DNA of 23,033 nucleotides. It comes from Salpingoeca rosetta. Its lineage: Eukaryota; Protista; Choanoflagellata. Under the pieces are notes generated by a model. It made no database searches. It was not told the origin of the DNA and saw nothing but the letters and a program-made list of their open reading frames with translations. Shown here in pieces: positions 17,710 to 23,033 of the stretch. A program made the position numbers and the translations under genes. The stretch is taken from positions 582,419 to 605,451 of the forward strand of contig JAWQFM010000030.1 of NCBI GenBank assembly GCA_033442325.1, read 5' to 3'. Positions within the stretch are counted from its first letter, which is position 1. Every line of letters starts with the position of its first letter.

Positions 17710-17865
17710 CTCTCACAGCAATGCAGGTTGTATCTCCTCGACCAACTGATCCAAGAAAAGCGTTGTGGCAGCTGAAAATGATGGTGACGACACCATAAAC
17801 TGTAGTCTGGAGGAGCGCTGTTTGTTGTTTGTGTTGTTTGTTGTTTGTGTTTTGCTTTGGCTGTG
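17577..17865. promoter_or_regulatory. Short divergent intergenic region; probable bidirectional promoter and 5' UTRs
   Basis: Only 289 bp separate the Hook ATG (17576, -) from the hydrolase ATG (17866, +). Contains (CA)n at ~17679-17706 and a TTG-rich tract at ~17819-17860. Confidence 0.6.
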
Positions 17866-22432
<4,567 letters not shown>

Positions 22433-22773
22433 ATGCACGTGCCAGCATGCTACTAGCCTCGCTCACACGATTGCGCGTTGTTTTTCTTCTTTCGTGCATG
22501 CCACTTGTGCCTGTTTTCTTGTTGTTGTTTCGTTTCGCAAAGGGTGGCGGTTGCCGTGTCACAGCCATCACCCGCCATCAGGCTGATGTGAGCTTTAGTG
22601 CACGTTGCTTTGGTCACTGCAAATTCACAGTTGTCGTCATGTGAGTGCATGCATGCGTGTGCACTGTGGTTGTTGCTGTGCCTGACTTTTCTCGTTTACC
22701 CTCTGCTTTGTGTTACATTACGCTACGCCACAGCAAATCAAACCAACGAAGCGGTGGAATGAATAACAGCGTG

Positions 22774-22775
<2 letters not shown>

Positions 22776-22856
<81 letters not shown>

Positions 22857-22878
22857 TTGTGTGTGTGTGTGTGTGTGC
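22776..22878. repeat. Intergenic (GT)n microsatellite
   Basis: Direct observation. Confidence 0.92.
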
Positions 22879-23033
22879 GTGGGGGGATAGTGCGGCCACC
22901 GGGCCGTAACAGCAACAGCAACTACAACACACCCGAGTGAGTGGGGTCATATGTATGCAGTCAGCCGTGATCGGTTTTGTGGACAACAGCACAGTTTAGA
23001 CAAGAGGGGACGCACGTGGGGGTTTGTGTGTGG

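Overview
Eukaryotic, intron-rich genomic DNA packed with (GT/CA)n and trinucleotide microsatellites. The style strongly suggests a choanoflagellate such as Salpingoeca rosetta, but that is an inference. Most ORFs in the supplied track are repeat artefacts. Splicing by hand at GT-AG sites with phase checks gives four genes. (1) The 3' end of a low-complexity protein (1-714, +). (2) A 5-exon, 1200-aa polyQ protein (3801-8489, +) whose only ordered part is a ~90-aa Cys/His zinc-binding module split over small exons and invisible in the ORF track. (3) A ~25-exon Hook-family dynein adaptor (17576-9962, -). (4) Head-to-head with Hook, a 13-exon secreted alpha/beta-hydrolase resembling a bacterial family (17866-22432, +), which lacks the segment expected to carry the GxSxG nucleophile. 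Other observations are a GT-rich 5' / CA-rich 3' polarity of intronic repeats and six copies of the 12-bp palindrome TGCCTGCAGGCA. No rRNA, tRNA, CRISPR array or transposon was recognised. Family assignments come from remembered motifs, not database searches.
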